Below are positions 50,216-62,000 of a stretch of 64,000 nucleotides of DNA, one piece after another. Both the position numbers and the translations under genes were made by a program. The notes below the pieces were generated by a model, which had not been told where the DNA came from, searched no databases, and was given only the letters and a program-made list of their open reading frames with translations. Each line of letters begins with the position of its first letter. Position 1 is the stretch's first letter. This DNA is from Haplodiscus bocki (lineage: Eukaryota). The stretch lies in contig OZ296653.1 in NCBI GenBank assembly GCA_965655095.1, forward strand, positions 76,508,001 through 76,572,000. The letters are read 5' to 3'.

Positions 50216-51309
50216 AAACACTTGTTGAGATAGTCCTTTAGTAGCTGATAAAACTGATGGAAGAAAAAGGACGCTGCAGCTGCAAAAAGTTGTTTATAAA
50301 CGTTTCTTGTTGCTCCTTGTCTCATGATTTTGCCATAAAGAAAGGTTGTTTCCCTAAATCAGCCTTGTCATGTTACGTACCCATTTTAGAAGTTTTTTCT
50401 TTTTTGATCTTTCAAACGACTTCTTGCCAGAAATGGAGGCTCCTTCCTTCCTCTGTAGGTTTGTCGAAATTTACTTTTAATTTGTTTATCAAGTTTAGTT
50501 CTTCAGCAAACGTCTCAACAACCAGATCTCAGCTGTAATGTTACAATTGATAACCAGTTTTTGCACAAAATGTTCAAAAATCTGTCTTTAATTCTGCAAC
50601 TTATATGAAAAGTATATTGTGCGTACAGAAAACTGTATTGCAAACCGAAATTACAAGAGGTGCATCCTACCTAATTAGTGTTGTCACATCTTACTGGTGG
50701 TTTATGTTGAAAATTTGTTGAAAAAATGGACTTTTTCGTTTTTGCCTACCAACACATTTGCTCTCTATAACCAATCTTCAAGTGTTCAGTGACAAAATTG
50801 TTTTCAAGAGTGAACAACTGTTTGAGAATGTGCAACGAGTGGTAAATATGAATCAAAAAACCAAAGCAATGAACAAAATTCTCGGCATCGCAAAGAAAGG
50901 TCCCTTAAGTAAAAAGTATCAAAAGCAGTCGCTGAGGTCTTTCCAAAAGACAAAGTCAAAGCAAACTAGTGGATCAGTCTCCGGAGAAAAATTCAACAAA
51001 TTGAAACGACTAAACATGAGTTAGAGCCGATGAACTTTCCAGATTGCTTTCCAGATGGTTATGGTAGTAATACTGGTGTTTTTGTAAGATTTAAAAAAAT
51101 CTTCAATAACTAACCATTTTTTCATCCGCAAAGAGGTTGAATAAAATGTTACTGTGTAGTGTAACCAACACAGCGATCATCAGTCCAGTGACAAAAGAAA
51201 AGCCTACAAATGAACAGACTTCACCAATTATCAGCGAAATAAAAAATTTACACTCCTTGCATTCTTCTATCAAATTGGACATTTTTATCCTAAAACCGAA
51301 AAAACATTT

Positions 51310-51720
51310 AAAAAGTCAGTTTTGAATTTAAAAAGTTACAACAGCTCAGATTTTCAACTAAAAACTTCAAAAATTGTCTGAATGTGAATGATAAATATTT
51401 CAACATGTCGGACTTTGACAGCAAATTCCAAATCCGAAAAATCAAGTTTTGAGTCTTTTTGCTCCGTGAAACGACAAATTTTGCATCTTTCCGGCTTTTT
51501 CGAAAACAAGATTTTGAATTGAACATTTTGAAGAATCAGACCATGAAGTGATGATTCATTAGATTCCAAAAATTTATACTGGAAGTAAATTGAGTTCAGA
51601 AACTTGAACTCAATTTTGAATTCAGATTTTGGATTTTGGAGCTTTCAGGTTTCGAATTTGAATTTGAATTTAATTTTTTGAAGTTCAAACTACAAGTTCA
51701 GAAATATGAATTCAAACTTA
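51310..51720. repeat. AT-rich TTTGAA/TTCAAA-rich palindromic insert (MITE/foldback-like) within the Polinton
   Basis: Repeated tttgaa and ttcaaa motifs; perfect 12-bp stem aaattgagttca (51587-51598) / tgaactcaattt (51605-51616); similar short patch at ~47730-47830. Confidence 0.45.
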
Positions 51721-54700
51721 AAAATGCGCCCAAAAGTCCCCAAATTTGTTCAAACAAGTTTTGAACAAGATTTGAGGAGATCTGATTTAATGCTGAAATA
51801 TTATCTAGTTCCACCAGATGTTACTTTCACAGCGTTTTCTTTCATACCCACGATCACTTACACCCAGAAAAAACTTCGTCAGCTAGGTAATAGCGTTTGC
51901 CGTTCAAACGGTAGTCACTGTACTCTTTTTCAAAAGGACTTTGACATTAGTTTTTGTTCTGTTCTGGTGTCTCACATTTTCTCCGTATGAATTTGATATA
52001 TGCAGAAACCAGCTCCTACTAGTAAAAATAATGACAGAGAAAATAGAACTGTTTTCGTCTCACGCATGCCTGACTGGCCTGTGAAAAAGGTTAGGATTAT
52101 ATGAAACACTTTGATTACCTTCAAAATTGAAGTACTTACACAGTAGTACTTATCGAAACAAAGTTTTGCAAACATAATCGGGAACTTGTTAAATTTTCAT
52201 TCCAAATGGGTGACTTTGCAGCAAGACAGAGGGTTGGTTGAGTGTATCAGATACAAAAACTCATAGTGGTGAAAACTTTCTGTCTTCCTCACCGTCGATT
52301 GGAATGGGGTTTTCCACTGATCTTCCTTTTTTCAAGTTGTCAAACGCTTTTGGCGAAAAAAGGATATCAATCTCTTGTCTAAAAACAGCATCTACCTCCA
52401 ACTGAGGTTTTTCGAAGAAAAAGTCATACTCATCTAACTCTGATAACACTTAGCCACTGGTTTCCACTCAGCTCATGCTGCAGCGCCAGAGAAAACTCCC
52501 TGCCTCCCTTTGTGCGTATCTTGCTGGTTGGGATTGATTGAGATTCGTGCGAAAAGATTTCTAGAAAACTTTTTTTTCTGAGTCGATACCAAAATCCGGG
52601 CTGGCAGCAGAATTTGTTTGGAGCTCATTGTCATTTCTCGGACCAAACCATTTGCAGTCAGAAAAATGGAACCTGATCCAAAATCGCGAAACCACTGGAC
52701 TCTTTCGCTGGAAACTGTGAAAGTCACACTACTAAACTGTAGAAGGAAGATGCATGAAATGCGGCTCGAAAAAATTGATTATTTGTTGCAACTAACAGAA
52801 GCTCGGCACCTTCAGGCAATGCATAAAATTACTTTGGTCCTTTGTTTTCTTGTTCAGGATCAAGTGTGGTTGATTGTGATTGGCGGAGATACTTTTGTAG
52901 CAAGTGGGACGTTATTTCGACTGCGTAGTAACAATTCATCTATCTGGTAAAGAAATATGTAGCATCTCCACCGAAAAACGTTTTTAATGGTTTTGTTCCG
53001 CAAATGGAACACTACGCAGTTGACTACTGTTTTCGCAGTTTTTTCAGTTCTAGAAACTATGTTCAAATTTTTGATCGGTTGAGTTTTTCAAACACTTATT
53101 TATTCCATTTTTTCTATTTTTTGGGCAAAACACTTCGCTAATAACATCTTGGAATGATTTTCGAGTTTCTTCAAAAAAGTAAAAACCTTAAATACACATC
53201 AGAAACAGCGTGTTCATTTGTCCACCAACTAAAATTTTACGGACCTGACATATCGACGCACATTGAGAACATCGACTTTCACTTCTGTCAAGAGATTTAA
53301 AGGGCTTTTTGTGCACGTAATTTTTCTTAGAACACAATATTTTCACACAACACACGGTGCCAACAAAACTAAGAGTGCTACTCTTTTGCCGATAATCCAG
53401 CTTGAATTTGCTACACATCATAAGTTTTCTCAACTATATCACACTCCTTTGCACGGTAATATCAGTTCTTAGAGAAACGGTATGTTTCCCGATGGTTAAG
53501 GTGCACAGTTTCTGTAAGTATTAACTGATTACCGTGTAGTTCCCACTTTTTGCCTGGAAAGACGCTGGATTTGTTCTTTTCAAAACGGAACGATATTCAA
53601 ATTTGTCTATTTGAATGTCAGAGACATCCTTCTAGTTTTGAGTGAGGAGATTGTCTAGTGATTTTACGGATCCAATCTCGTTTTTGGCTTGCAGCATTAA
53701 AATACGGAAACCCATGCTAGCTTAGTCGTAAATTTTGAGAAAATCATGCAAACTGTTCACTAAAGAATCAAGTTTTCGTTCGGAAATTTTCACCTTTTCT
53801 CAGAGGATTCGATGCTGCTTTGTCTTTAAATCCCGAAACTGGAACAAACTGATTGCGGGAAACTTTCTGTTGGAACCTTTGCTAACTCGTTCTTTTCGAT
53901 GATGCGATGGGGAAATGTCAAAAGTGAGGTTGTAAAAAGGAACATCTATGGCTGTTTTGTCTACAAATTAATGAGGTATGTCGCTGTCAAAAGAATAGGC
54001 TTTGCGCAAACTGGCAACTTGCTTTTCAACAAACATTAACTGACTATAGTCAGCAAATTTTGCAACAATATTTTCCCGGTGATGTAGCAGTAAAAGCGAT
54101 GCCGATTGAATAATTTGTGCAACGGCACCACTGGTATCTCTTTTATTCCAACCAAACAGATGTAAGTATTTTTGTTCACATTTTCAAAAATAAACCTGTG
54201 AATTCTTGGTTGAAACTTTCGAGTTACGTGGTGTAATTGATGGTAAAGACGGAATGTTGTTCCGATGCTTCTAAACTCTACGCTACAGCCAATGTAAAGT
54301 TTAGTTTTTGTTTTTTTAAATGTATATCTTCCTGATTCACAGTTGAGTTGAAGTTAAATTTTAGAAACGAATCAACATTCGCAGATAAGCTGTCTCCTTA
54401 TCACTGGATTATGTTCCACCTGCGTAATCTCTCCAGAGAAGCTGTAGCCTTTTTGAGAGAATTAGTTTCAGTTGATTGATGTTCTCAGACTCGATGTCTG
54501 GAGAAGTTAACGCAGTTGATTGGTTTTCTCAGAGAGTCTGTCAACAAAATAGTGGAACTTGTAACTCTTGGAAGGTTTTCACAGACAAACTGTTCTATCT
54601 GTATTTCCTTTATGTTTGTTCATTTCTTTTATGGTCTTTACATATGAAGTATTTTGTATTACGTAGCACCTGCCAGATTGTCTACCATTATTTCTCTTGC

Positions 54701-54770
54701 ATTGCTCTAGTGAAGTTCCTGCAATTTTAACGCCTACTTTAGATTTTTCTAGAAAATCAATATAACTCAA

Positions 54771-57700
54771 ATGCCTTTCCTCATTCGAAACGGAAGAAGA
54801 AACTGTGGAAATTGTTGTCCCCAAACAACAGGAATTGACCGGACGCGTCACAAAAAGAGATGCTCTACTTGATCCCTTACAAGTCCTTCTTGTACCAAAA
54901 TCTCATCAAATTCCCGCGCAGAAATGATTTGTTTTATTGCCAAAAAACACTGTGCAAGAACTCCTACAACTGTTCATGTTCGCGAAAAATGTGATGAAGC
55001 ATTCCACAGTTTTGACATACAGCGGAGGCAAAGACGGAGGCGACATGGAGCACCGAGGGCAACAAGGGCTGAAAATGTTGATGTTACGAACGTGTTGGGA
55101 GACAATGATACAATGATGACAATAACCTGACAGAAGGACTACAAACATACAGGCCATTTTGGTGGACAGTGAGATGAAGAACGGGAGACACAGAGTTTTT
55201 AACACCACTATGGACAATCTGGATCTCATATTTTGGTTGAAAACTTTTGATGTTGTTTTTAACAGCTTCAACTGTGCAGCAGAGTTGAATGTAGTTTTCG
55301 GGTGTGTGCTCGAAAACATAGAAGATGGGAGTTGTGGGTATCATTGTCTACGAGGAAATATTAAACTTTTGGAGCGATGTCAACTTGTTGCCAGCAAAGA
55401 AGATTTGACAAAGAATGTGTATCAACTGCGCAAAATAATGTTTGACAAAAACAAGACTCGTTCCGTAACCCATACACTGGCAATCAAAAGTTCTTCAAGA
55501 TTATGGAATTGATTGATTTTGAATAAATTAGTGCTCAAGAGGACAAGTTAGATAATACCGATACTACAACTTGGACGTTCTAATGTCTTTGTCAATTTCC
55601 TCGAACATGTTTGGCGAACCACTAATTTAAAACATCTCCAATCCAGTAGATTTAGTGTAGTCATTTTTTGATTCTGTGGATGGGTTAGCAACACAGAACA
55701 AAACTCAGATGAAATCGAAGTTTTTGGGGATTGAGACGTGTAAAAAGCAAACTCAATCAATTTTGTTCCATCTTAATTAACGTCGTCGTCGCCATGGACC
55801 AGTAATGGAAACTGAAAATGGGTGTATCCAAGAAAAAAAAGATTTTTCAACACCCTTTTTCCACAAACACAAAGGAGTCAAGTTCTTGGTTGGCAGAGTC
55901 ACTTGGAAAAATATTCCAACGTTCTTCTTTTTTATGGCTTCAACAGCACAAAATAGGGCATGAGCTTGATAAAGATTTTCTTAGTGCCTTTTTTGGTTAA
56001 GGAAAAATGGGATTGAGACAACAGGGATCAAGAAAATTAATCAGTTTAATTCTTTAGTGTTTCGATTTGTTCCATTACCAGATACCTTTGAGCATTCCTC
56101 GAGGAGCTACGAGCCTAGATTTTTGCCTGAAAGCTTAAAGCACTTCAAAGAAGAAAGCTATTTGTCGTATGAATGGTTTTATAATCGAAAAAAATTCGAC
56201 AAAATCTCTTTTTCTCAAGTCAAAACCTTCTTTAGGGAACAGCAAAACAATAATTCCTTTGAAAAAGACCATACAGACTTTCAAAATTAATAAGATGGGA
56301 GAATGAGATTCAAAGAAACATTATAAAAACCGAAGTTGAGTCAGCCACCTCCAATTGGTTAAGAAAGCTATCAATCTTTGATGAGAGTCTGGAAACAGGA
56401 AAATATGTTTACCTCCAAGCTTTTCTTCGCTGTTATATTAGGAAGGGCGTAGTTCCACCGTTGAAAACTATGCAGAAGGTGGCTAATTTATACCACAATA
56501 ATGAAATCGACAGGGCAAAGCTTGGATTTGATTTGACAAATCTTGCAAAAGTTTGTCTTCACCAGTCAACTACCGCAAAGTTTTAACCCTTCCTAAAGAG
56601 CGACAAAGATTTCTTGGAAAAAATTATGCGAGCACAATGTTGGTGGACCGTCCATTGACTCTACAAGGAAAGCTGTTGTGAACGTGACTCTTATTCGTGA
56701 TCACACAGAAGGGTGCAAAAACCGTTGTTGAAAATGATGCTAGTTCGTTTATCGTTTTTCTTCGTGTCAAGTGATGCGTATGTGTCTGCACACAAGATGG
56801 GGGCTAGATTCTCAATGTAGTAACTTCGAACCGCATGGAAACAAGACGAGTTGTTTTCAAAACATGGTCTTATCATGGTTTCAGAGAATCACACCACAGT
56901 ATAGTGGATAGATTCTACACTACAAGCACACAAAAAAAGTTGGTGCTTATGGTGTTGATGGTTTTTTTGTACACTGCAACACTGTGTTTGAAAATATGGG
57001 CTGTTTTCAAAGAGACGGGTTATATCGTTACGAAGACGTACCAATGTGATTGACGGAAGCTTTACATGACAGATATCTTTTTTGAGCAGTATCTGTGTGA
57101 ATCATTCCACTACAAACTGCCTCACAGATAAGTAAGTACGATTTCTGTAAAAATTAAAGAGGCAAGTCGATTCGGATATGTTCAATTTGACATTGAAGTA
57201 CTCGAGAAACTGCAAGAAAAACTTTCCAAAATTCCAATCTTCCTCAAGATTAGTTTTGCTTAAAACGATGACATCGGTCCGCTAATGAAAGCATACGCTG
57301 ACTAAGAAGGACTTTTAATTCAACGTAGGACAATGCAAATATCAAGATTTTCATTGGGAAACGGAACAATCAATACACCGTTGCTAATCTTTTATTTGGA
57401 TTTAGGGCTCTTTGGCAAAAAAAAACTCATAACCTCGTGCAGTACACTCATCTCAAGTGCTTGAACAAACTTGTTCAGTCTGCAGTGATTCCCAGTAGAG
57501 AGGTAGATTATAATCCAGATTGTGTAGTTGCGGCGGAGACAATCAATTTACTAGCAAATATTTCTGATGGACACTAGATTCAGGACACTAGATTTTTATA
57601 CCTGCAACATGCAAAACTGAAAATGCTTGAGGTTTACTAGAACATTTGTGACAACTACTGCTATTTTGCAACATTTGATGAGCTAAAGATGAATACAGAC

Positions 57701-58255
57701 TCGCTGTAGCTAATATTATCCGAGCGCGACTTGTATGATAGTCTCCGACCAACAATGAAACAGGAGTGGAACCCTTTGCAAAGTGGACACTGTACCGACA
57801 TTTCTTTTAGCCTGTTCACCAACAGGTGTCTTTCCTCAAAGTCCCTGCACTAAGCATGAAAAACACGGCAAATAAGAACCTGGTCTCATCAGCGAAGAAA
57901 TCCGCTGCACGGAAATGATTTGTTTGTTTAGGAAAACTTACTGTTTATATGACTCTAAATCAAACAAACTCAAACTTAAAAATAATAACAGAGGCTTCAT
58001 CAAAAAAATGTTTGATTACCGTGTTGATGGTCCCGTGTCCAAGTAGCAGAAAGCAATCGAAGAAATTGTTAGAATTAAAAATCGAAGAAAATGTTAAACT
58101 AACAATTTAGCCAAAAATGTTAAAACACCTCAAAGGGGATTTTGCACAATATAACACGCTGTTATCACATATGAGCAAACCAAAAAAATTTTCAAGCTTT
58201 CGTCTCAAAAATAAAGTTCAGCAAGATAAAATACACACTCACCCCGTAATTTATA
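54771..58255 (+). pseudogene. Polinton protein-primed DNA polymerase B remnant with N-terminal Zn-finger-like region
   Basis: FGCVLENIEDG, YGFNS, YEWF, VGGPSI, GYVQFDIEV, TPLLIFYLDLGL, ETINLLAN, MNTDSL (DTDS motif), PGL..EE.RC.EMICL..KTY; many stops and frameshifts. Confidence 0.88.
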
Positions 58256-58384
58256 CAAAACGTTCCATTTAGTGTAAAGTTTGAATAATTCTGAATAACA
58301 GAAAAATGTTATTTCGGTACCAGTTATACTCTCTAAGCGACTTTTCTGGAATTTTTGGAAAATTTTCACATAACACTAACCCAC

Positions 58385-59014
58385 AACAGTAATCACAAGC
58401 GTCATAAATTATCCCAGGTGTCATAAATATGCAGCGCCGTGTTGATTTTCCGCGGGCCCGTGGTTAAAGTTCAGAAATTTTTCTCAAAAAAGTCTCACAG
58501 TGCCAAAATTCCCTAACTTTAAACAGCGATTCGGTTTCCTATCTTTAAACGTTACCCAACTTGGACGCGTATCGGAACGCGGTGACTCGGACCCACTTTC
58601 TTATTACAATACCTAGCGTAAAACATTGACTCGGACTCCCTATCTTGAAACAATTCCTACCGTTGTACTTTGATCCGGAATCTTTTCCTTAGTAAATTGC
58701 CGACCTAAAGTTTATCTTACAACTTTGCCGAAACCATACCCTATCCTATTGCAATATCGAAGTGAAGCTCAGCTGAATACTTAGTTAGACTCCCAAACCA
58801 GGATCCAAGGCCCTTACCCTATGCCAAAACATGGAGGGTTGTTCACCTACCCCGCCCTAACTACGCCCTCTCTCAATACTGACTTGCGAACAACCGAAAG
58901 CGTCAAAAAACCATGACTAAAAGGCGCGACGGCAGTGAAAAGGTTCAAGCGAAATGCGAACAGAGAGGCCTGAAAACTTTTCAAAGTTGAAGAGAGGCAA
59001 CACAAACAGAAACT
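58385..59014 (-). repeat. Right terminal inverted repeat of the Polinton
   Basis: Inverted homolog of 42733-43400, ending ...cagaaact. Confidence 0.8.
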
Positions 59015-62000
59015 TAGATGTTTTCTGTCTGAAATTTTTTGTAAAAAATCCCTAGAAATTTTACCGTAAAATCTTCAAAATTGTAATACCACGAGTCCAA
59101 ATTGTCCATCGGTGGATTTGGAACGGCAAAACAGATTGGTGTTGTGACCAGCAATTCGTTTGCAATACTTTTGTTTTCAGTGCAAGACCCGAAACTGAAA
59201 TTTTTCCCGGCTGGAAATCGAAGTCTTGCAACGGTGGAGGCTAAAAATTGTTCGAAAGTGGATTGATTCTGCATACCGTCGGTCCTCAGGTTCTTTTCGC
59301 GGAGGAATTAGAAAACGAGTTCTGATTTTTGGCAACTTCACTGTGTTCATTTTGAGTCGGATGGACGAAACTATGTGACTTAGCGGAAATGAATTTTTGA
59401 GGCGGAGGAACCTCAGTTTGAGGTTCCTCTTTCGGAGAACGATTAGTTAGAATCATTTCCTGTGGGTTCTTTTCACAGGGATTCCACTGCTGGTTGACTC
59501 GCTTGTCTCATTTCCATCACTTGGGTTAGCTGGAGATTTTTGATCTAGTTGAAATGCTTAAGCTGAAGATCCATCTTGGCGATTCAAACATTTAGAAAAT
59601 TTCAGGGTATCTGGATATGCACTAGATTCAGGCGGAGTCTTACTTATAGGCGGGAGCAGAAATTGTTCTGAAGTTCGATCACAAAAATGTAGAGTCGGGG
59701 TGATCAGATGTCATCAAATCGGGCGTAAAGTTTTTTAGATTAACAACTTCAGCATCCTGGAACACAGTTTTTGGGTCAATCGAGCGTAATTGTATCCGAT
59801 GGGCACACTGGGCTTAAGTCGTGACAACTTTTTGAACAAAATATATAAACTTAATCAAAACTTGTTTTCGTTGGTGGAGCAGCAATCACATTCGAGCAAT
59901 GTTGGGTTTTGCATCATTGTCTTCTACGAGTTTCGGATTCAAAACTAAACAAAATTTGTTTTCGCTTCAACGGATGAGTGGCTGCTTTCTGGTGAAAACA
60001 ATGTCGATACTGGTGGTATGCTTTCAGTGTCAAGTCTCTGATGTAGAAAAACGTTCAATCAAATCATGTTGGACTTGCGTGGTAAACTCATACATAGTGT
60101 TTATTTCAAAATCTTGGTTTTGTAATCTCAAGTCTAGAGCTCTTCTGTGCTGTCATCCAAGGAAAAGGAACGTTGGAAAACAAACTATAGTTTAATGACG
60201 GTTTGTGTTAAAAGGAAGGCAAGAATGGAAATGAATCTGCCATCTCCTTGTTACGTTACGGCCATTAAGTTTCAGATAACTCTTTTGGCCAGAAGGGCTG
60301 CGTTCATTAATACCCATTTTTGGGCTTGTTTAATTGCGTCAGAAGTTAGCTTGATTTGTAAACATTTGGAGAGATCTCTCAAAAAAGTTTATTTAAAAAG
60401 GGTGCCCTGGTCCAACTAAACTGAACACCACAGGTCAAAGTGTTGCATGAATTATTCAAAAAGTGCTTTGGCAACATTTTTTGCGGAAGCAGAGTACAAA
60501 AGTACAGCGAACAACCATTTGACAAGACCTCCTTGGCATTCAAATGAACTTGTTACCTAACGATATGGGTAAATTACCGACAATATCAACTTGGAGCACA
60601 TCTTTTGGCATTGACTGCTGTGCTGCTACAGATTGGAACGGTGGTTGCAACAAAGAGTTTTTTTACCCGGTTTAACTTGCAGAAAAGTACAGTTTCCATT
60701 GCAAAAAAATGAACGACTCAGCAGATTTCGGAAAAGAAGCTCAGTGTAAATTATCTTTAGCATTTGTGATGCTGGTAAAACCAGCAAACTTATTGTTGTA
60801 AAGTCGATGAATCATTTTTTCACTTCAGTGATTGGGCACTACATAATGATGTATGTAGTCTTGTTCATAACGACCACAATGTTTTCTGTGTGAAACACCA
60901 TCATGTAATTCCAAACGTTTGAATTGTTTTTGGTATTTTTGGAGGTCAAGATTCCTAACCAGCGTGGTAAAGAGTTTTTTGTGGAACCCATTGCAGTACT
61001 TCATGGATATGAACACCTTTCTATTGTTCAACTTTCGAAGTTTTTGGTCGAGTTTTACAAGACCAATCAAATTCGTCCGAGAAACTTCTAAGGTCGAGTG
61101 CGTGAATGGCAAAGAATTCCCCATAGAGGCTCGATGAAGTCTACTGTCCTCCTGGACAAAATTTAGAAAATTGTTAGGGAATCTTTTTTTGAATCTGGAC
61201 AATTAACCAGCTGGTAAATTGGCATTCCTTAGGATAGGTGCCCAGATGAAATTGAAGTTCAAGACGTGGTCAACACATGACCATTAATTCGACGGAATTG
61301 TTTGAGCTTGAAACATTTTCGTACGTCTACGAAAATCAGTTTAAACAAGTGATGAGTTGGTGTTCTCCCAAAAAATATGGGTGAAGGAGTGGAACAAAGA
61401 ATGATATGCTTGGAATTCTTTAGCAAAAAATCATTTTTGCAAACGAGTTGAACAGAAAATTAGGAGCCAAAAGAAAGTGGAACTCAAGTTTTCTTTCACT
61501 TTTCCGCTGGCTACTCAAGATTGGTTTTTATCAAGACAATGCAGCAGCATAAAAGCAAGCGTCGGCCACGATTGAAAATTGAACGCCGAGTTTAGGCAAG
61601 CGAAACGCAAAGTAGCATACTTTTGCCAAGTCGTTTTTCAGAGAGTCTATTGCATTATGCTGTTATTGCTTAGAAATTATCTGTTGATTGTTCCGTTTAA
61701 GATTGTAAATTGAGAGCAACCAGTCACTGATTTTTGAAAAAAAGGCTCGGAAGTACTGGAGAAAAAACGATGAATTGTCAACTTTGTTCTTTGACATTTT
61801 CGGTATCTTGAAACTATTCCATGTCAACTTTCCCACGATTTGGTTACTTTCTTTCGATCGTTCTCGAACTTCACAGGAACGGGAATTCAGATGAACAAAA
61901 CTCACCTTTATGAGTCGTGACTGTCAGTCCTGACTTGCGAATGCAAAAGAAATAAAGAAAAAACGTCTAGGTTTGGTCACAAATTCGTCGAAATTGAGGA

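Larger units (their letters stand above)
42733..59014. mobile_element. Decayed full-length Polinton/Maverick (~16.3 kb)
   Basis: Long inverted termini beginning AGTTTC and ending GAAACT; remnants of protease, major and minor capsid, integrase, ATPase (minus) and protein-primed PolB (plus); 6-bp TSD not recognisable. Confidence 0.88.

Noticed and set aside
42727-59020. 6-bp Polinton target-site duplication
   Set aside because: Flanks tattgc and tagatg do not match; decay or slightly misplaced termini, so not claimed
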